Below are positions 57,689 to 64,000 of a stretch of DNA of 64,000 nucleotides, piece by piece. The stretch covers positions 4,528,001-4,592,000 of the forward strand of contig NC_058369.1 in NCBI RefSeq assembly GCF_018350175.1, written 5' to 3'. The notes beneath the pieces are model-generated. The model had not been told where the DNA came from. It worked only from the letters and a program-made list of their open reading frames with translations, and did not search any database. The position numbers and the translations under genes were made by a program. Numbering within the stretch: position 1 is the first letter of the stretch; each line of letters begins with the position of its first letter. Origin of the DNA: Felis catus. Taxonomy: Eukaryota.

Positions 57689-60600
57689 AGTATTAAAAGA
57701 CTTTAGCATACAGACAGTGCCCCTCATGGAGCACAGAGAAGACCAACGAACCCCTCCACCCCTGGGGTCCTCTTTGACCACCGGGTGAATGCCCCGCTCT
57801 CTGCTTCAGGCGGCCAGCGGCACGACTCAGCGAGTCCTCCCTGGGGCCAGGCGCAGCACCACAGGCTTTACCCAGCACCTTCTGTCATCCTCACAAATGC
57901 TCCGGGAGTGAGCCACTGCTCTCGCCATACGTCAGGACAGGAAACTGAGCTTTAGTGGCCTTTAATCATTTGCCAAGGCCACACGGAACCCACAAAGGTC
58001 AGGCGCTCGAGTCCACGCATCACAGCCTCTGGCATCTTCCTGCGGACGCAGCTCCGCCACGCCCAGCCCTTGGTTCCCCATGGTGAGCCCACAGGGACTG
58101 CTGCCAGCCCCCAGGGACAGGAGACACCGCCCACTGTCCAGTAAAGACAGCCAGGGAGGCGCCGTGGAGAACCTATGTTGGAAAGCAAACACCACCAGAC
58201 CTGGAAGTCCACTTCCAAGATTCCAGATGTTCAAGGAGGGTCACTGAGGCATTCCTGAAGTGAGAGGCCTAGAGACGCCCGGTGTCCCTCAACAGGAAAA
58301 GTCAGGGACATTATGGCCGGTCTAAGCTAAGGGGAATGCCACACAGCTGTCGTAAAGAACGAGGTCAAGCTATGGGTACTGATGTGGGAAGTCCACAGAG
58401 ATTTCTTCCCTCCCTCTCTCTCTCCCTCTCTCTCACACACTCCCCATAGAAAAAAAACTGCTTTTGGAAGGACTTCACTAATTGCTTACGTTGGTAACTT
58501 CAAGGGAACAGACTGGAGAGAGGACTCCAATTCCTAGCCCACTACACACATCCCCCTTGCAGTAAGATGCAGAAAAATGACTTTAAAAGGCTTAAGGAAA
58601 ACAGTGCAACGAGGGCTGAAAACCGTGGACTTCTAGGCCCAAGACCTCCTGCACGCCAAAGCAGCTCTGACTTCCTGTGTGACCCTGGACAAGCCACCCC
58701 ACCTCTCTGAGCATCGATGAGAGGAGGAAAGAACACCACAGGGTTCTGGATGCACAAAGGAGGGAGAAATGACCGTGGCTCCGGCCAGTCCGGGACCCCG
58801 CCCACCCTCCCCCGAACTGCTCAGCCACGACAAACACAGGACAACCTGTCTCAGTCAGAACCGAGGCTGGGGGAGCCCACAGCTTGGCCCTGAGCGAGCG
58901 CAGGACTGTGCTAATGTTGACATTACGGCCTGTCCCACCCTACTCATCTGTGCCCCACCCTCACTTCGGGGGGGCGGCAGCACAAGTGACTCAGTTATGT
59001 GACTCCCATCTTTACAGGAAACACATTAATTAGTCAGGAGAGATTCTAGGGGAAGCTGACCCCAGGCCGATTCTTCCACTCCCTTCTCAAGGAGCCCAGG
59101 AGAAGGCACTGGTGGGAGAGCCAAGTAGGAGGGTCGACTGTCCCTCCTGGCGACCCAGGGTAAGGCTGAGCCTTTCCTTAAGCACATCTGCTCTTTCGAG
59201 GCGCTTCTCTGCCCCTCTCCAGACACCGCCCTCTAGGAAATACAGGTGCTTCTGGGGTCCCACACGGAGGAACACAAGGATGCTGCAGGGAACGACAACC
59301 CAAGCCACACAGCTGGCATCCATGCGGCCTGTCACAGCTCAGCAGCCCCCTGACCTTTCCCCAGGTCTCCCGGCACAACGCCCCTCCCGTTCTGGCTCCT
59401 CAGCGATCCCCCAGTGAGGGTCAGCCCCCTCGGCTGCATCAACCAACCAACTGTCCCCCTGCAGAGGAGCCACCAGCAGCAGGCTCCACAGGGGGCTCTG
59501 GGGAGCCCTGGGGAGCCCCCCGAAAGCCCACCCAGGTGTGGCCAAGGGGCCAAGACGGTGGCAACTCCAGAAGGGGCAAGCTGGGTGGGGAGCATGTGGG
59601 TTCCCCACCCAATCACTCAAGGCACACTTTCACCCACCAAGTCTCAACTGAAACAGGGCAGGTGGGCAAAGCCCAGCCTGGCCCTACGGGAGAGGGTGTT
59701 TGCAGGCCAGGCCCTTTCCACTCCAGAGACGGGGAGGGGCGGGAGAGCACAGGACCCGTTGGCCCTGGGACTGCCCGCCAGCTCGTCGCCAATCCTACCA
59801 TAGTGCCGACACAGCTGTCTCCCCAAAACATAAGTCGGCCAGGATGTGTCCAGGAAGATGCCTCTGAGGGCTTACATGGAAGCTGGCAAGCAGTGTTTTA
59901 ACTTACTTTAAAACAAAACCAACCCTTCCAAATAAAACCACACAAACTCCCTAATAAAATGTACCAAAATGCCCTTCCTGTGACCTCAGATACTAGCATC
60001 TGAGTAAAGCCCAGGAGGGTCAGGGAAGGCCAGGACTCACTGTCCAATAATAGCCCGTTGTGGGGGTGGGGTGGAGACGGGGGCAGGGAGGATGTCTGGC
60101 CCTAGCAGCCAATAACCAAAATGAACTCGCTCGCACTTTGCCACTTCCGAAAATCGGGCTTTCTCTTCCAGTCAGCACGCACACCTAGTACGTTTCTTTC
60201 CCTCCTCCTGGACCAGAGAGTGTGATTACAGTGACGGCACATCTCACCACGAAACAGTGGAGCTGCACGTTCAAAACCCTCCCTGACAAACACCCACAGG
60301 GCGCAGGCGGGCCCCACGCGGGTGGAGCCCGAGAAATGAAAAGAGCAGTGGCTGTGAGCGTAGGAAAACTCGTTCCCATTTCACAACTGAATTCTCTTCT
60401 CTCCTCTCAGTTTTGCCAATAGGAGCCAGCTTGAATTTGAAAACGAAAAAAACAGATCTAAGACGATTCCCAAGGAAAATGAAATCACATCAAACGATGC
60501 CTTAAATCTAGAACAGCTAGAGTCCAGCTAATGCTGGCCTCAGCTAATGACTCAAAACCAAACCAAAACAACTCCACGCCAAGGTCACTCTGCCACGGGC

Positions 60601-61369
60601 GTGAGCAGGCAAACTGCAGGGTCACCAGCTGGCACAGCTGAAGGAACCCGCGAGAGCTGGTCCTGGCCCAGAGAGGAAGGGGTATGAGGGAAGGGCACAG
60701 GCCACATCCTCAAGGGCCACGTGCTCAGGCAGGGGCAGCAGCCCCCCAAGTCCCACCCCAGCACCTGCTCATCATGCCCACGACCAAGCCCCGGAGCCTC
60801 CCTCCCACGTAGACACTGCAGGTGTCCACCCTCTGCCCCCAACGCCTGCCTCTGGGACGAAGACAAGTGCTTCCTGTTTGGTAGCCACTGAATTACTTCC
60901 GGGAAAGGTTGGACCACATCTGCTTTGTAACGTGACTGTGCCGCCACAAAACCGTCCGGAACAGGCATGTGACGGGCACTTTGCTGGGGATTCTGGAGCC
61001 GTGGCCAGAGGGACCGGAAGGACTGACGCTTCACTGAGGCCCTGATGGCACACCCACTCCCTAAAGGCCTGGGAGGTCTTTTTATAAGCAAGTGACACCT
61101 TCTACTCCCAGCTGGCACACTCCAGTGGCTCCCCAGTGCACCTGGGTTGAGTTGACCCCAGACTCCCCTCCGAACCCAAGCGCCCCTGACGCTCCACCCC
61201 ACCATGCTGCCACTTTCAACCTGGAAGGGGGTCTCCCGGTCCTCTCCACCCCACTGACTCCTACCCACTCACAAGCCTCAGAGTAAGTCTGGCTTCCTAA
61301 GGGAAGCCTTTCCCTACACATCCCCTAGCTCTCTCTGACTGAGTCTGCCGTAATGCCCTCGCGGTGTTA

Positions 61370-61843
61370 AGATAAAGATACTTGTATCCAGAGTACATTA
61401 AGAACCCTTAAAACTCAACAATAATGAAACTAACCCAATTTTTTAAAAAGCCCCTCTAAAGTTCAAAACACTTCACCGTGGGAAATATATGAATTGCAAA
61501 CACATGAAAAGATGCTCAATGTCATCAGCCAGCAGGCTACTGCAAATCAAAACTTAATGAGATACTAGTCTACACCCACAAGGATGGCTGGAATCAAAAA
61601 GACAGAAAGTGTTGGTGAGGATGGGGAGAAACTAGGACTCCATTCATCTCTGGTGGGAACGTAAGCCGGTGCGGTTGCTGTGGAAAAAGGCATGGCGGGT
61701 CCTCAAAACATTAAACAGAGGGGCGCCTGGATGGTTCAGTCAGTTGGGCATCCGACTCTTGATTTCGGCTCGGGTCATGATCCCAGGGTCGTGGGATCGG
61801 CCCTGCATCAGGGTCTGCGCTGACAGTGCAGAGCCTGCTTGGG

Positions 61844-61889
<46 letters not shown>

Positions 61890-62450
61890 CCTCCCCTGCT
61901 CTCTCTCTCTCAAAATAAATAAACTTAAAACAATATATTAAAAAAAAAATTAAACAGAATTACCTCAAGATCCACAATTCTACTCCTACGTATATGTCCC
62001 AAAGAAGTGCAAACATTTATCTATGCAAAAACTTGTGCACAGAATTTCTAACAGTGCAAACAGATAAACAAAACCTAGTCCATCCATACAATGGAGTATG
62101 TCCAGCCATAAGGACTGAGGCACTGAGGTGTACGTGCTACAGTGGGATGAGCTCCGAGAACAGGCCGGATAAAAGATGCCAGACCGAAGAGGCCACAGAC
62201 TGCATGACTCCACTTCCATGCAAGGTTCAAAATAGGCAAATCTACAGATAAAAAGTACATTAATGTTTGCCAAGGAGGAAGGGAGGATGAGGAGTGACTG
62301 CTAACAGGGACAGAGTTTCTTTTTGGACGGAGTGTTCTGGAATTAGTGGTGATGGCTGCACTGCTCCGGAAACACTAAAAACAATGCCGTGTACACTTTA
62401 AAGGGATGGACTGTATGCTTTGTGAATTATAAATCCATAAAGCTATGTTT
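61370..62450 (+). mobile_element. L1MB-type fragment interrupted by a CAN-SINE (61720-61948)
   Basis: CTTGTATCCAGA..AACTCAACAATAA..CACATGAAAAGATGCTCAA; SINE TSD ATTAAACAGA. Confidence 0.8.
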
Positions 62451-63488
62451 TAAAGAGAGAGACAGGCGGCACCATCTACGCGGAAAGCAGAGACAAGCGC
62501 CCATGCTCAGCGCAGGCGAGGGCACCGCTGGAGCCCCGAGACACGCCTGCTCTGTGCGACCAGCTGTCCCACGTGAGCTGGGACCATGACCCCCGTGCGC
62601 CCAAAACCTATGTTCACACAAAAACCTGGACGCAAACGTTCAGGGAGACCTTGCTCACGATCACCCAGAACCGGGAACGACCGAGACGTCCTTCACCCGG
62701 CAGACGGACAAGCGGACCACAGGGCGTCCACATGGTAAAAAGGAACGAGCCGCGCATTCAGGCAATGACGCGGGTGAATCTTAAGTTCTGCAAAGTGACG
62801 GAACCCAGACACCAAGGGCTACGTACTGGACGGTTCTGTTTACACGGCAGTCTGGAAAAGGCAAAACTACAGGGATGCGAAACGGGTGAGTGGCCACAAG
62901 GGACTGTGGGGGCAGGGGGCTGACTTCAAAGGGGTGGCGTGGGGGGCCACGGGGGAGGACGGCACCGTTCTGCACTGTTCCGGTAGATGATGGCTGCATG
63001 TCAAGACCCGGTGTGAACTTCACCGAAAACAAACTGAAACGATAAGGATGGACAGCTGGGCAGGGGCAGGGGGCCCAGGGTGCAATGCAGGCTGTGACCA
63101 ACGAGCCTTGCCCTATTCCAAACGTACGACAGAACCGCATCGGCGAGGATGTGGGAAGCAGCGGTGTGTTTGAGCCACGCAGCAGAAGGCCGAAGACAGG
63201 AAGGATTCCACACAAACACTGTACTCAGGCTGGTAAACGTACTTCTTCCAGGAGGCCTGGTCAGCAATTCGGAAACTGCTTTCCCAGCCCGCTGGAGTTC
63301 AACAATAAGCAAATATATGGTAGATGATGAGGGTCGGGTTTCTCCCTTCAGAGAAAGTTAAGATAAGCAATGGAGGAATGCTAGAAGAAACCCGTTGGTG
63401 CGGGGCTGGAGGTGAAGGCCCCGCTATGAACCGATGTTCGCTGTGACACCACACAGACGCAGAAGTGACGCAGGCGGGGGTGGTGAGC

Positions 63489-64000
63489 ACAGGTGACCCT
63501 TGAACAATGCGGGGGTTGGGGCGCCGAACTCCTCCCACCCCCGCCAGCACTCAAAAACCTGCCTAGGAACTTTTGACTCCCCCCAAACTTAACTACCAAC
63601 AGTCTACTGTTGATGGGAGCCTTATCAATAACATAAGGAGGATAAACACACATTTTGTATGCTGTATTATTATATACTGTATTCTTTATTTTTTAATGTT
63701 TATTTATTTTAAGAGACAGAGCAAGTGGGGAAGGGGCAGAGAGAGAGAAGGAGGAAGAGAGAGAGAATCCCAAGTAGGCTCCATGCTGCCAGCACAGAGC
63801 CCGACACAGGGCCCGAACTCATCAACTGTGACATCATCACCTGAGCTGAAATCAAGTGGGACATCCAACCGACTGAGCCACTCAGGCGTCCCATAAACTA
63901 TATTTTTTAACAACAAATTAAGCTAGAAAAAGAAAATGTTATTTAAAAAATCATTAAGAAACACATTTACGGTACTGTTATTTATTAAAAACAATCCACA
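63489..64000. mobile_element. Tigger2a/MER8-like DNA transposon relic with an inserted antisense CAN-SINE (63686-63893)
   Basis: CAGGTGACCCTTGAACAA TIR-like end, TTTTGACTCCCCCCAAACTTAACTAC..CTACTGTTGA. Confidence 0.7.

Noticed and set aside
51101..64000. MLLT1 exons 1-3 or another nested gene
   Set aside because: No YEATS N-terminal peptides (e.g. KEPPYKVEESGYAGF) were found; the region reads as repeat-rich intron 3.
1..64000. CRISPR arrays, rRNA or prokaryotic systems
   Set aside because: Mammalian sequence; recurring near-identical segments are SINE/LINE copies, not repeat-spacer arrays.

Overview
This is mammalian DNA, almost certainly felid given the feline-type CAN-SINEs and carnivore L1 ends. 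It is GC-rich and has the ACSBG–MLLT1 arrangement known from human 19p13.3. On the + strand is a complete bubblegum-family acyl-CoA synthetase gene with 13 coding exons (8419–26347, 2013 nt, 670 aa). All introns are GT-AG, phases are consistent and there are no internal stops. It is an ACSBG2-like paralogue, most likely the orthologue of mouse Acsbg3/1700061G19Rik. On the − strand, convergent with it, are exons 4–12 and the ~2.6-kb 3'UTR of MLLT1 (ENL); exons 1–3 lie beyond the right edge. The rest is intron and intergenic DNA filled with SINEs, old L1M/L2/MIR, MaLR/ERV LTRs, DNA-transposon relics and simple repeats. Four observations stand out. (1) The intact ACSBG paralogue has lost its ATP-binding P-loop and several other adenylation motifs, so it is a candidate pseudo-enzyme. 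(2) A tailless retrocopy of a 5'-half pre-tRNA-Glu(CTC) carries a perfect 13-bp TSD. (3) Two old L1MB fragments share derived GC-rich sequence, suggesting local concerted evolution. (4) An NRF1/E-box/GC-box cluster sits immediately inside the intron after coding exon 2 of the ACSBG gene. Repeat family names and orthology come from recalled consensus sequences and need RepeatMasker/BLAST confirmation.
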